DNA of 64,000 bases from Eledone cirrhosa (GCA_964016885.1 OZ024742.1:333374001-333438000); one strand, 5' to 3'; counted from the stretch's first letter, positions 1-14,085 are shown. Program-made: numbers and translations. The notes: generated by a model not told the origin, from the sequence alone.

Positions 1-335
1 GTAACACGCTAACATATCTTGAGTGGAGATTCTTAGATGTACAGTGTCTCGCTATACTGGTATATAAATATAAGTTTACCTACGCAAATTACAATAGTAT
101 GAATGTATAGTAAAGTAACTCTGGTCACTGAAATAAAGGGACGTTTAATGATACATAACACTAACAATGAATGGGCATACAATACGTGTAAATAAAAAGT
201 AAAATATAGTTTTTTTTAGTAGAAATGAGGTAGTCACATCGACGCTTGTGTTCAAACGCTTTATATGTATATATGGATATGAATATAATAATATATAAAA
301 ATATATAAATGTATATATATATGTATACTATATAT

Positions 336-872
336 AGAGGTATAAACTCAAACAGTCTTTTACAATTAAATAGCTCAAAGAAAGAGATATTTCTGAGCCG
401 TGAAATACAAATTAATATAAATTATTGTATGATAAACACTAATACAATTATATAAGTGTTTGTATTGCAAATGACCAAGTTAGCGGCACGAGTATAGGAC
501 TGGCTAGGCGCTGAGAAACCATGTGCGTTCAACACTTCTCTATCAGTCCTCCTAAGTATTTTGAGGTGAAACATACCAATTTCTGGATACCTGCAGAAGA
601 GCAGAGAAATGAAATTTTCGCTTATCGTTGCGAAATGGATTTGAGTTTTGAAATTTAAATTTCTCTGCGAAACGGATTTGGGTTTTGAAATTTAAATTTG
701 TCCAGGTATCACGGCTATTGCCAATATGGGTTTGTTTTTATTGATTTATTATTTTAAATCGAGACAGGCAAACTGTATTAATTTTTCAATCTAGCTAACT
801 TGGTCATTTGCAATACAAACACTTATATAATTGCATTAGTGTTTATCATATATTAATTTATATTAATTTGTA
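336..872 (-). mobile_element. Solo PLE pLTR-like end with ~80-bp inverted duplication
   Basis: 404-484 is the reverse complement of 794-872. TA tracts flank it, and it carries the bulged hairpin motif at 373-398. Confidence 0.5.
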
Positions 873-1048
873 TATATATATATATATATTTATTAAAATA
901 ACAGATTAAAGTTTAAGCAAAGAATCGCTGCTTTCACCCTTATATATATATATATATATATATTTATACATATAAAGATATACATACATATACGTGGAAA
1001 AGTAAGAAATCGGTGAACAGACCGTTAATACATGTTTATTTAAAACAG

Positions 1049-1088
1049 CACCTACGTACGTTTCGCCCAGTTGGGCTTCTCAAGGGCA
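1049..1088 (-). ncRNA. Variant minimal hammerhead-like motif
   Basis: Minus strand UGCC-CUUGAGA-AGCCCA AC UGGGC-GAAA-CGUACG-UA-GGU. Stem III is palindromic and the core deviates from CUGANGA. Confidence 0.45.
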
Positions 1089-1140
1089 TAAAGAACCAAA
1101 AGTGTTCCTTACATTGCTCGGAAAGTGTTTTGGGGGTTAA

Positions 1141-4100
1141 GTTCACGTTGCATCTTTGGATGTGACCTTTTCAGGCACTCCGAATTAGTGTGGTATAGAC
1201 ATGTACATATGTTGTTGAGGTGTATAATTTTGTCAATACTCTGATATGCCCAGTTCCTGGTTGGGTTGTTATTTCACTGAGGAACTGGAATCATATGAAT
1301 TCAAACAAACGAATTTCAGTGTCAAAGGGCCTCTTCTCCTCTCATTGGTGAGGTGTTAGAACATTCCTCATTCAAAAGTCTATAGAAATTCGTTCTGAGG
1401 CAAGCCAATCTGTAGTTGTTGTTCTTGTTATTGTTAGGTACATCTGACCTCAATTCTTGTGTTGGTAGTGTTGTTATTGTTGGAGTTAGCTTAAACAATT
1501 GATAAAGTGGTAGAAGGAACAAGGTGGTAAAAGAACAAAATAACAAAAAAATGTCAAACTTCCCATTGGTCAGTTTTGAGAGCATTCCTCAGTCAGAAGT
1601 CTATAGAAATTCTTTCTGGGGTGAGGCTCCCTGTAGTGTTTGTGTTTGCTATTGTTAAGTACATTTGACCCCTACACTTATTTCGGTAGTGTTGTTGGTC
1701 AGCTTATGTCTTGCTGCTGCTGACAATTTAGAATTATCTGTGTGTCTTTTTTCAGCCCTCCTGCCACCATCTCCCGTGGTGGTGGTGGTGGTGGTGGTGG
1801 TGGTGGTGGCGGTGGTGGTGGTTTGGTGTGTGTGTTGGGGGGGGGGGGGGGGCTATTCCATGTATATGAAGAAATATAAGGCAATAAATGAAGAAAACAG
1901 AAAATAAATAATAAATAGAGAATAAAGAGTGAATTAAAAATTGGTGAAAAAGTAATGAAAATGAATATGGAGAAGTGAAAAATAAAATGAAGATTCAAAT
2001 AAAGTAGGATAAAGTGTGTGTGTGCTATAACCAATATCAAAGTCAGAAATATGTTGGATAGATTGGTATGAGGTGAAAGATGTTAAAATAATAATAGAAT
2101 AAGATAATCAAACAAAATGTGTTTGTGTTATAATCCATCTCAACTTAAAAATAAATATAAAGTGATAACGTGAAGAGAACAGAAAACAAATAACAAATTA
2201 ATAAAGAGAAATCAAAATTGAAAATTGAAAATTGAACATCAGAAATCAAGTAAATTAAAATGTGTTTGTGTTATATAGATGTTGGCCAAATTATAATAGC
2301 TGTGTCCGATTCAATCTCTAGGCTATAATGGTGTCTGCTCAGCCTGGGTTGTTCCCTATGGCTTGAGGGGAGTTCTCAACCTAGGGTGATGTTACTGCCC
2401 ATATAGCTTGAGGGTGGTCTGGCCGAGAAGTGTCTACATGTTCTGGAGAAGTCCCTAAAGCTTGAGGGGAGTCCACATCTTCTTGTGTTATTACTGTACA
2501 TATATGTTGAGGAAGGTCCCGGCTCTAAGGTGCCTGCATGTCCCGAAGAAGTCGGTTCCGAGGTTTATCAGGCCGCTTCCACCTCTTATTATCTCGAGGG
2601 TCTCGTTCAGGCATATTTTGCATATGCAAGATCCCCCTTTATCGGGTGGTACTTTCCTGATTATGTACCAGGCCAGAGAGTATGGGGTCCTGTCCAGCTT
2701 AAGCTTCCAGATCAGGTCGGAGAGAGCCGTGCTTTTCCTTTTGGCCTCCTTATTGAATAAATGGCGATGGTTGTACCAGCGGTCTTTAAAGCTCGTTGAT
2801 GTGGCTCCTATGTAGAGGTGTTCGGAGTTGGGGATTTTAACCCTACAAAAAATACTAGGTTCTTCTTAAGGCATTCATTACCAAGGGGGCATGATTCGAG
2901 GTTTCTGCAGTTGCAGAGGGTGGTCGACCTCCGCGTGCCTAGATTGGGGTTCCAGTTAGGTGTAACCTGGTGGTCTTCCCCCAGGCACGGTGGGGGTCCC
3001 CGGGTCTGTTTGGGTTTCTTGGGTGGTCTCTGTGTCCCCCCTTCCCTCCTTTCACATGTTTCTCCTGAGTGCTTGTATTGCAATCTTCTGGTTGTGTGTG
3101 GTTTTTTAGCCTACTCCTGTTGATGCTAGCTATGTGTTGGGCCAGATATCTCGTGGTGGAATACGAGAGCTTCACAGTGTGTCTGTTGATGATCCTGTGG
3201 TATCTATGGTCGCTCGGGAAGCATTTATCAAGTGCTCCAAAGAATGATCGGGCCAAGCTGTTCTTTAGGGCCGGTGAGTAGGGTGGGTTGTACCACGTGA
3301 TTTTTCTGTGTCTCCCCCTATATGTGTGGGCCGGAGGCGTCGTGATTTGTTGGGGATTTGTTGGGTTGCTGGTGGTTCCCGCACTGTTGCTTCCCCTTTG
3401 GGCGCTATGCCTGTTGTTATCTTCAGGGTCCGAATCGCTGGGAGATCTACCGTGGGGTGGTCCCCCGTTCCTCACCCCACGTGTCCTGCGGTTGGGGTTG
3501 TCGGTCCTGGGGTGGTTAGCGTCACCCCTGAGACTTCTACTCATATTGGGTCTTATCTCATGGTTAAGCGTACTAGTCACCAACGCCTGTTTGGTGGTGT
3601 CGGGCACATGGTGCCTATTTGTTTCTGCTCTGCCTGTATTGTTAGGGTTCGCCCCCCGGGCAACGCAGGTACGGGTGTCCGTTGGGTCATCGCCATCCCG
3701 GCGTTTCGGACTATATGTTATATTTTGGCCATGTGCCGCCTTATTTAGAGCTGCGTTGTAATATTCCGCGTAGTTATCGAATATTTCTTTACTTCTGGAC
3801 AGGCTGGAGATCCTGTCCGAGACACTCTTCACCACTGCCTTGGTTATGGATCTAGGGTGGTGTGATTTGGCGTTAACATATACGAGTTTCTCGTTGGGTT
3901 TGTGGTAGGGGTAGTATTGTTCGGTGTTCAAGTTTAGGGTGGTGTCAAGGAAGTTAACTACATACCTATTTGGGTCTAGTTCTATACTGAACCCCTGGTT
4001 CTTAAAGAAATGGCGAATACGCCTCCTCATTCCCTCCAACATATTGGTGCTCTGGTCATATACTGTGAATATAGCATCGTCACGATATATTCCGCCGCAC

Positions 4101-5212
4101 AGGCAGGGGATTTCATCTTTTATCTGCTTCAGCAGGTAGAGCCCAACCAGATCCGTTACCTGTGCTGAGTTGCTGGAGCCCATCGTGATGTCAAAGTTAT
4201 TTGGCCAATCACTCCTGGTCCAAAGATCTCAATCGAAACGGATTAAGGTATTTCTTGCGGCGTGGATGATGCTCACCTCCTCTCGGGTTAGGTCCGTATT
4301 GGACATCGCTAAAAATAGGGCCTTATTTATGTACTATGGGTGAGATTGAGGAGTAGTAGCTTGCAATATCCAGTTGTATAAAGCTGGTCTTACTTTTCTG
4401 ATGTAGTATCTTAAACCATTCTATTACTTCTCCCGTCCATGACCATTGCTGTAATTTAGTTTTCTTCTGAAGCTTGGGCAAAATCCTATCTAGTATTCTT
4501 TTACTGACGATCCCTAGGTCAGATCTGGAGGGGGCTATTAGTCTGAGAGGGAGGTCGAACTCAAAGTTTGGCTTGTGATCTTTAAGGGTAATCCGCGGCT
4601 CCCTTAGTTGGTGTGGGGCCGTGCTGTCCTCTATGCCGAGTCTAGATATAATCCTGTAAGCTGTGGCATTGATCTCATCCAGCGTTTTTTTGTGGCACTT
4701 CCTCAGTTCCCTGAGAATTAGCTTATTGTACAGTTCAGTGTTCATGTTGTAGAGGTTGTTGGTTTTGTCAGCATGGACAAGTATTCCAGTTGTCTTTTTA
4801 CGTACTGTAATCCGGTTCTCAGGTGCCTGAGGTACTCCTGACTTCTGCTTGGGTTTCCGTAGGATATTTGAGGTTGGATATGATGTTAATCATCTCGTTT
4901 TCAAACTCCTCCATTAGTCTGTTGTTGGGGGGATTCCTCCTTGATCGAAAAAGGTACTCTATGTTTTGTGTGTTGGTAATTTTTTGCGTTCCTCTTTCGA
5001 AATGGTACGCCTTCCATCTCATCCTACGGACGAGGGAGTCCGTACTCTTGATGAGATCACTGGTGTATTCTCGTTTGTCAGATAGGGGGATGTTCTTCAG
5101 TGACGCTAAATTTGCCAGTTTATCCATAGTGACTTAAGTCCGCTACTGTTTGAAGCGCTCAACCCGTGTGGGAGCTAGATAGATTTTGAGTATATGTTGG
5201 TTGTATGCCAAC
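1141..5212 (-). mobile_element. Penelope-like element family 1 (Naiad-type), disrupted, long 3' UTR
   Basis: Fragmented RT plus GIY-YIG ORF. The 3' UTR near 1145-1310 matches the pLTR fragment at 14170-14330. A 30-bp pLTR remnant at 5183-5212 matches solo ends at 29204 and 40294. Confidence 0.9.
2491..5127 (-). pseudogene. PLE RT-GIY-YIG polyprotein, frameshifted
   Basis: Spread over several frames: SLKNIP...LVRRMRWKAYHF, FIQLDIASYYSSI, MGSSNSAQVTDLVG, GGIYRDD, WYNPPYS, CNCR..CPL..CL, YIGATSTSFKDRWYNH, CKICLNE, TCRH. Confidence 0.9.
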
Positions 5213-6217
5213 AGAGTGTCTCGGACAGGATCTCCAGCCTGTCCGGAAGTAAAGAAATATTCGATAACTACGGGGAATATTACAACGCAGATGTAAATAA
5301 GGCGGCACGTGACCAACATATAACATATAGTCCGAAATGCCTGGATGGGGATGCCCCAACGGACACCCACACCTGCGTTGCCCGGGGGGGGGGGGGCGAA
5401 CCCTAACAATACAGGCAGAGCAGAAACAAATAGGCACCATGTGGCCGACACTACCACAGAAACCCAATATGAGTAGCAGTCTCAGGGGTAACGCTAACCA
5501 CCCCAGGACCGACGACCCCAACCGCAGGACACGTGAGGAGGACCCCCTCACGATAGATCTCCCAGCGCGGGCAACGACCACCCCACAGATTCGGGCCCTG
5601 AAGATAACAACAAGCATAGCGCCCAAAGGGGAAGCAGCAGTGCGGGAACCACCAGCAACCCAACAAATCTCCAACAAATCACGACGCCCCCGACCCACTC
5701 ATATAGGAGGAGACACAGAAAAAATCACGTGGTACAACCCACCCTACTCACCCGCCCTAAAGAACAGCTTGGCCCTATCATTCATTGGAGCACTTGATAA
5801 ATGCTTCCCGAGGGACCATATATACCATAGGGTCTTCAACAGACACACTGTGAAGCTCTCGTATTCCACCACGAGACATCTGGCCCAACACATAGCTAGC
5901 ATCAACAGGAGTAGGCTTAAACACCACACGCAACAAGAAGATGGCAATACAAGCACTCAGCAGAACCATGTGAAAGGAGGGAAGCGGGGACCCACAGACT
6001 ACCCAAGAAACCCAAACAAACCCGGGGACCTCCACTGTGCCTGGGAACACCTAACGGGAACCCCTATCTAGGCCCGCAGAGGTCGACCACCCTCTGCAAC
6101 TGCAGAAAGCCCGTATTATGCCCCCTTGGTAATGAATGCCTTAAGAAGAACCTAGTATACGGTTGTAGGGTTAAACCTCCAATTCCGAACACCTTTACAT
6201 AGGAGCCACATCAACGA
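5213..6217 (+). mobile_element. Inverted partial copy of family-1 ORF 3' half
   Basis: Reverse complement of ~2795-3828, roughly 90% similar by eye with indels. Confidence 0.9.
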
Positions 6218-6712
6218 ACTCATTATTAATACATATGAATTCAATATACAAACTTTAACTTCACATTATTTTTCTCAAATCCTTCTACACATAAACCTTA
6301 ACATTTTTCTCTTCGCTAATTTTGAAATTGCCACAATACATACATTTCTTCTTTTGACGTTAGAATATTCACCCACAATTATTATTTTTTATCTCTCTAT
6401 CTTCATACATAATTTCCCTTCGTTAATTTTCAAATTCCTTTAATTTATACATTATCTTCCAACGGTTCCCAACCTCTCTATATTAAAACAACATATCTTG
6501 TTCTCAGTTATAAAAACTATCTCTTTCTCTCTATCACCCATCTCTCCCTTTCCACCTTCACTCTCATCTCCTCCCCCTTTTTTTCATCCTTTCCACCCCC
6601 CCCCCCCCTCCCTAAATAAAATATGTTTTCCTCGCACATATCCTCCCTTCGTTAATTTTCAAAATTTTTAATTTATACAGTATCTTCCAACGGTTTTCAA
6701 CCCCTCTATATA
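6218..6712 (+). mobile_element. Family-2 PLE 3' UTR segment fused to family-1 sequence
   Basis: Reverse complement of ~21222-21750 with a small deletion. Confidence 0.85.
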
Positions 6713-6862
6713 AAATATATATATATATTTTATCTGGTCATTCTATAGACATGTTTTATGATATATAGCTCTGATTATTTAATTTATTAAACTTTCATTG
6801 AGCCACAAAGTGACCCGTTGCAAAACACGTATATGTATGTATGTATATATATATATGTAAAC

Positions 6863-6927
<65 letters not shown>

Positions 6928-7059
6928 TACATATATACATATATATACATATAAATATATATAAATTCATATATATATATATATATATATATACATTCAC
7001 ACACACACACTCACACACACACGCAGATGCACACATACACACACACATAGATATATCTA

Positions 7060-8768
7060 AATGAGGTTTTTTTTTCAATGGAAAAAAGACGAGATATACT
7101 ACACGAGCGAAAGTATAGGGAAAACAAATGAAATCGAAGATGCCACTGGAGTCTTTCTAAGAATATTTATTTGTTTTCTTTACCGGTGTCGCAGTTCTAA
7201 TGGTTTTCAAAAGTAGAGTTGAGATGGAGAGTTTGTGGTTTTTCTCGCATCTGGTTGGTGATCGAACGATACTTCTGTTTTTTGTGGAAAAAAGTGGCTC
7301 GAACAGTAATTTGGTTGGTTATTGACTGTCACGTGAATAAGTATGATAAATTTCGCGCCAGTTCGCGTTACAGAGCTCTTATTGTATTCGCCTTTTAAAA
7401 AAAAAGGGGGTGGGGTGGGGGGGGGGGGGGGCTCAGATTGCTTTTTCAGATATGAGTGAAATTTGGTTGGTTGATGCAGTCACGTGAATAAGCACATCAA
7501 CTTTTGCGCCAGTTCGTGTTTGAGTGTTCTTTTCACCTAAAAATGTGGCTCAAAAATTTGTTTCTTTATAAATGTAATTTGATTGCTTATGACTATCACG
7601 TGAATAAGTACATTAAATTTCGCGCCAGTTCGTATTTGGAGGTTCTTTGTTGCCGTTTAGAGAGTTTTGTGCCAAACAAAAGTTAATGGTCAAGAAAAAA
7701 GTGGATGGGGAGAATTGTTGTTTCAGTGAGTATGGCTAATGTGGTGTGGTGTCAAAATTCAGACTTTCTATTGAAATAAAGAAAATAGAGATATATATTT
7801 TTATGTGTGTTGATGTGTGTGTGTGTGTAGGAAAATGATTCTATTTGTAGAAATCGGGGAGGGAGTTATGTGTGTGTGAGGGAGTGTGGTTAGCATGTTA
7901 AGATGGTGGCAGGGTAGAGAATATATATTTGTGTTTGTGTGTGTAGCGAAATGATTCCATTTGCAGAAATGGCGGAGGGATTTATGTGTGTGTGTGTATG
8001 GGTGTTAAATAATGTGTGTGCAAGTGCTTGTGTTCGGGGGGGGGGGGGGTTAGCATGTTAAGGTATTAGAGTATTAACGTATGTTAGGGTTTATTTAGTT
8101 CTGATTATTATTTTTGAATATAGAAGAGGGTATTAAGTGTGCGTGTGTGTCTATGTATGTTTCTGTTTGGATGGTTAGCATGTTATGGTGTTAACATAAT
8201 GTATATTAAACTATATTTAATGCTGGTATATATTTTTGAATAAATATATTTTCCTTATTTATTCGTATTTGTTCTGTTGTATTGTCAGCGCAGAGGTAAA
8301 ATGGGAAGACTTACAATTTGGGTGTCTTATTACTTGCGCATATGTCTAGATATGCGTTTAGTGGTATCTGTCTGGTGGTTGGATCTCGTAATTGTTGGCG
8401 ATGAACTGTCATTCTGTTTCTGAGTGCGATTTTAGTTTGTCCTATATAATCACATTGCATCCTTTACATTTAATGGCATAAAATAGATTTTTTGATGTGC
8501 AAGTGAAGTGATTTTGCCCTGATTGAAATGTATACATGTTGCCTTCAATGAGGTGAGTGCAAATTCCACAATTAGATCGACCACATTTTTTGACAGTTTT
8601 GTGGGTTTGTGGTAGGTAATTTGGCATTGGTGAGTAATGTTTTTAGTTATTTCGGTTGACTTTTGCTTTTGATTATTTTGTGTGTTTCAAGTGCTTTTTT
8701 CATTCTTGGGTCTTATTTCAATAGTTGGGTGATCCTGTGAATAATGTATGCTTCCGCAATTTTTGGGT
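7060..8768 (-). mobile_element. 5'-truncated Neptune-type PLE (GIY-YIG relic, 3' UTR and pLTR)
   Basis: CGRSNCGIC...FTCTSKNLFYAIKCKGC..GQT..LRNRMTVHRQQ..PALN at ~8215-8600. The end at 7060-7250 is repeated at 31950-32153. Confidence 0.75.
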
Positions 8769-8816
<48 letters not shown>

Positions 8817-10875
8817 TGTATGTTCTCTCATCGCTTAAGTTTGAATGTATTTTTGTCCGGCACCTTTCCGCTGACTGAGTTGTTAATAAAAAAATTAACA
8901 TTGTCTCTTGTATAAGCGTTCATCCTTTGAATCATATGAATGGTTTACATATTTTGAAGATTCTAGAAGTCGAGGCCATTTATAGCTTATGACTAAAGGT
9001 GCTATGATCTTGGCCCACAAATCCAAGTTCAGTTATACATTGCTCGAAATAAAAGTAAAACCTTAGTGTAAGCTGATGAAATATGCAACAATTTTCGCAT
9101 GTTTTGTTTTCATATTTTGAGAGGAACTTCTAAGTTTGTACCTTTCATGAGTATCATGTAATAAATGTATAATGTGTGGATTAGAATTTATCATTTTAGC
9201 TAAACCAGAGATGTAATATGTTCAGTGGGAGTGTATCTTGAAATCGGATTAAAACAATCCTGGTGAATATATAAGCAAATTTACATTACAGAGTTACTTT
9301 GAAATCTGTAGTCGACTTATGTTTATATATCGGGCCATAGACTAAGTTTATCAACGAAAAAAGTTCATAGCGTGATTTGAACTCAGATCACAGAGTCGAA
9401 ATTCTTCAGTGAAAAAAGAAACTTCCACAAATATCTCAAAGATAGTTAATATGATGTGGATCATCTATAATCTAGAAAAGAAACATTTCGTTTCGTTGAA
9501 TTATTTGAAATTCTTCTCGCTGAATTACATGTTCAAGATTTAAACCCAGAGCAATAGATGTACAAGAGAAATGAAACTTTTTCCTGTGATTAGCTAGTTT
9601 AAAATAAACTCTTCCGCTGGACACTATAAAAGAAAGACATTTCTCTTTTTCTGTTTTTTCTGTATGTTATTTCTCAACGAATGTTTGCTTTTTCAGCATG
9701 AACGAATATTTGCTTTTTACCAGAACAACAGCCACTGATTAAGTCAATCTTCATCCTGGTAATTGTGGCCACTAGCTAAAGATAACATTTGTATACATGA
9801 TGCCACCACGACATTGCAATTTATTTCGAGTTACATGTTGAACACATCTGTTGTTTTCCTCATAAACATGGACAACAGCAACAAGTTTCAGAAATTGAAA
9901 ACCTAAACATGAACACTTTGAAATATGCAATAACACATATTCAACCTTAAAAGGAACTTTCCAATTAGCTAGTTTGGCCTCGTAAATACATTCTTAGCTG
10001 AAAGAGGCTTCCATTTCCCGTATATTTCTTCTAATTTTTACTGCGACGAATGTATTAAACATAACATTTTGACATCCTAAATAAATATTAATATACACGT
10101 GATAAACTTTGCTCTTTTAAAATTATAAAATGTATTGCTGAATAATTGATTCCTATAAATGATACACACTACTTGAATTATTGATTTTCATATAACATGT
10201 TTTGAACTCAGAAAATGATTTGAACTCAGAAAGGTAAAGGGCCATATCTCTATGCTACAAAGCATGGTGACTAACGCTCTACCGATACTGCCAATCGACT
10301 GCCCCTAGCGTGAAACAAATAACACTATTTTTATTGTATCCTGCTGTTTGTCCTTTGTTTTAACTATATATAATAAATACAATAAATGCGTGTTTATTTC
10401 TCTTTCAAGTATCTAGGCATGACTTTCGACCATTAAAAATATTTCACAGCCAAATACACATGCACATGGATATATATTCAACACAGAACTCAGTTTGTTG
10501 TTTTGTCTCCTAATCATTTTGATACTAAAACCGCTCATAGTTCTCCATGCTTTAATTTTATCTAAACAGCAACCATCATTTTATGCACGTACTTTGTTCG
10601 GTTCTATTCGAAATACTAGCCTAATAGTAAGCAAGTTATTTTAATGAATCTCAGCAAATTATTGCATATTGTTAGAATTATTTGATAATCACGGAGTGCA
10701 GTTCATTTGAAGTATGGTGACCACAGAGTTAAATTCATATATAGTGTTTGTTTCAACGACAAGCACGTCTTTTCGATGGTGGCTCATAGATACATTGAGG
10801 ATGAGATGTGGTTACTCCCGGTTGAACCCCGGATAAACTCACACACACACAGACAGACGGACGCACACATATATA

Positions 10876-11100
10876 TTTTGGGAGGGTCATGCTGCCAATA
10901 AAAATACAGGCACCTGTTGGTTTTCATTTCAATTTATTATAAATTTCCGGTTGCTTGGTTGGTTGGTCGATTCAATAACTGGATGGTTGTTTATATATTG
11001 TCAAAGGTCTTTCGACACACAGTATATAACCTCCTAAGTGACTAGGTTTTTATTTGCGCCTCCCCTTTTTTTCTGTCCTACACCATCATTTATATGCATG
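10876..11100 (-). mobile_element. Solo pLTR fragment (family G)
   Basis: Similar to the arms of the 53164-53686 palindrome, with a decayed HHR. Confidence 0.55.
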
Positions 11101-11301
11101 GATGTTTATTTTGTGTGTGTATATACAATACACATATAATTCTACAACCACACTCTTATATGTAATTTGCGCATCGAGGTTTTTAGCTATCCATGGATAT
11201 ACTTCCCTTACTATCATTCTCACGTCCATGTGTTTACATGGACGTGAGAATGATATGTCTATTGTAAATACAGACGCATAGGAACGTATCTATATATATG
11301 C

Positions 11302-11370
<69 letters not shown>

Positions 11371-11730
11371 GAGAGAGAGAGTGTGTGTGTGTGTGTGTGA
11401 GAGAGAGAGTAATACATAACAAAATATAATAGCGTATTCTCAGTTGCGTCATTAAAATCAGCTCAAGAGATACGTTATATCTCTGAGTCAAAAGTAATCA
11501 GTCATGTTAGTATCAGAGGTAAGAGTTGTATTATTATTATTATTTCTAGTACTGGTAGTAGTCGCAGTGGAACGATGTAAGTAGTTCCGGTGTGGCTTCC
11601 TATATGTTAACCTCTCCTGTTTTACTACCCGTTTGTTGTTTCGGTAAAGTGATATGTTTGGAAATCAAACACGCTTTGAAAAAGTAAAGTAACACGCACA
11701 CATACCCCAACATCAGCATACGTAGATAGT

Positions 11731-11774
<44 letters not shown>

Positions 11775-11874
11775 ACTATGTATGTATACATACACACGCA
11801 CTCTATAAACTAGTTGGAGTTCTCTTCTTTCTCTGACTATATTTATACATACATGCCGACATATATGCTTATAC

Positions 11875-11918
<44 letters not shown>

Positions 11919-12805
11919 ATGTGAGTGTGCGCACGTTTGTATAAATGAGTTTACTTACACATTATTGAGTATTATAGTATGATTTTTTTACACCAATAAC
12001 TCCCAACACCTGTGACAATAATCCTAAATATCTTCATTTTATCTTTGTTCCTTCCCGCCAGCATTAACCTTCATTTTTTTTTTTACTGCCCAAATAATCC
12101 ACTTGGACATCTTGAGAGAATTTTATTATGGAGGTTTCCATTTCAAAAGTACTTCTATTTGAACAGGGATATAAAGGACCGCCATAGAGCCTCAGTTTTA
12201 CTTTTCATAATTACGTGTGAGCCGACGCAGAGAATTCAGACACCATTGATATATATATATAATTCTCTCTGCCTCTTAATATTCCGTCGCTCTCTGAACT
12301 TTTATTTCTCTTACTCGATTGGCATAAAGACTTTCCCTTACATTATCACCTTGTTTTCTCCTACACTTTATCGGTTTTCTACCTCATTCTCTCACAACCT
12401 CCTCCATTTCTTTCACTCTTCCCTCAAACTCACTCTCTCTCTCTCCCTCTCGATACATAAGTATATATATATGCATACAAAGTAAACAGAAATAACAACG
12501 CAAACGAGACAGTACATTGAAGAAATATCTTAGCATAACACCTGAAAGAGCAGAAAAAGAGTCTGAACCTTTCGGATACTAGTCATTCATCAGAAGTTAG
12601 TTGGAAATAGTAGATGAAATTAAAAGATAAAGAATGAAAGGAGAAAGGAATGAGGAAAACGAGAAAAAATGGTAAAAACACACGCATGCACATACACACA
12701 CACATACACAAATCTATACAAACAGGCACACAAACAAACACACACACACACACATACACACACGCACACACACATATATATATATGTATATATATATATA
12801 TAAAC

Positions 12806-12925
12806 AATAATAAATGTGAAGGCTAAAATCCGAAGAGGGCTCGATAAGGATAATATATATATAAAAATATATAAAACTGTAGAGAAAATATTTATTAAAA
12901 TAACAGATTGAAGCTTAAGCAAAGC
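12806..12925 (-). repeat. Family D pLTR-like end (also 886-942, 36724-36790, 40612-40830, 54995-55035)
   Basis: Recurrent TTTATTAAAATAACAGATTAAAG..AAGCAAAGAATCGCTG next to TA tracts. Confidence 0.65.
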
Positions 12926-13653
12926 TGTGATCCTATCTGCTTTGGTCGATCTGTATTACCTCCACACTTTCACATCGACCCTCCCTTCTCTCTTCCCTTC
13001 TCCTCCCCACTCTCGTTTTTTTTCTCTCTCCCTCTCTCTATCCATCCGTTCGGTTTTGACTGTTGACATGTTTACATGTGCCGAGGTGGCCTCTCTGGCC
13101 GCAATCTTTGCGGTACGTTTTTACCACCGACGTAAAAAAACCCTTCTGAATTATCTCCCTTTCCCTTCTCCTCCTCACTTTTGGTTGCCCGTGTCTCTCT
13201 CTCACTTTCTTCTATCTATGTGAGAGACAGCACGATTATACCAGCTCTGAGTCGTAGCTGAACACCAGGCTAAAGTCTCCCAGGTTGGCCACAGCTTACT
13301 TTCCCTATTTTTCCACGGTTACTTTTTTGCATGTTTCTTTCACCTGTGTCCTCCCACGATGGGACCTGTACATTTGTTGTCTCCTATTCCTTTCCTATTT
13401 TTTGCCCTTCTTCCTCTCTGTTGATATTTTCCCCCCTGTTCTTCCGTTTTCTCTCTCCCTTTTCTCCCGTTTTTTCTCTCTTTCTCTCCTTTTCCACCTG
13501 GCCTTTTGCTTAATAAAAGGCCTCGGGCGCACCCGAACTCCACCGATCTCCTGTAATTCAGCGCCGAAACATCGGTTCGGGAAAGATTTATAGCTGACGA
13601 AGGAAACTCCCTTCTTCCTTTCTCCTCCTGTTCCGTACTAACCACCATCCTAA

Positions 13654-13685
<32 letters not shown>

Positions 13686-13828
13686 ACCAAAAATTAATAT
13701 GGTTCATTGATTACTCAATGAATATAGTTTTACAATAGATTAAAAGCACTCTACAATGAAGTTTTCTGGAGTTATTAATATTATTCAGAATATTAATAAA
13801 TGAAGACATTTCACATAATCAAAATATA

Positions 13829-13895
13829 TTTTTATTATATATATTTCGAAGGTACTCTGCTGTTTTTTCAGTACGTCCTCGTCAGATAAAATACA
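13829..13895 (-). ncRNA. Type I hammerhead ribozyme (mirror copy)
   Basis: Reverse complement of 13963-14029 with about two substitutions. Confidence 0.75.
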
Positions 13896-13962
13896 TGAAT
13901 TGATGTATGACATACCTCAACGCTCTTGATGGTTCAATTCCAGTATTGGCAGTATAATTCAT

Positions 13963-14029
13963 GTATTTTATCTGACGAGGACGTACTGAAAAAACAGCAC
14001 AGTACCTTCGAAATATATATAATAAAACA
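13963..14029 (+). ncRNA. Type I hammerhead ribozyme
   Basis: UUUUAU-CUGACGA-GGACGUACUG..CAGUACCUUC-GAAA-UAUAUA-UA-AUAAAA. Confidence 0.8.
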
Positions 14030-14085
14030 TATTTTGATTATGTGAATGTCTTCATTTATTAATATTCTGAATAATATATATAATA

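Larger units (their letters stand above)
13687..14075. mobile_element. pLTR-like end with ~120-bp inverted repeat carrying two HHRs
   Basis: 13779-13901 is the reverse complement of 13956-14075. Confidence 0.8.

Noticed and set aside
1665-2040. Poly-Val and poly-Pro ORFs
   Set aside because: They come from (GGT)n and a G-run in the family-1 3' UTR.
11461-11488. Further bulged-hairpin candidates (also 57165-57184, 53847-53874)
   Set aside because: Bulge length or the CUC/GAG stem deviates, so they were left out of the motif set pending a covariance-model scan.
13590-13625. CTGACGA followed by a hairpin (also CTGATGA at 19120, 28805 and 53897)
   Set aside because: No correctly placed GAAA, stem III and stem I were found.
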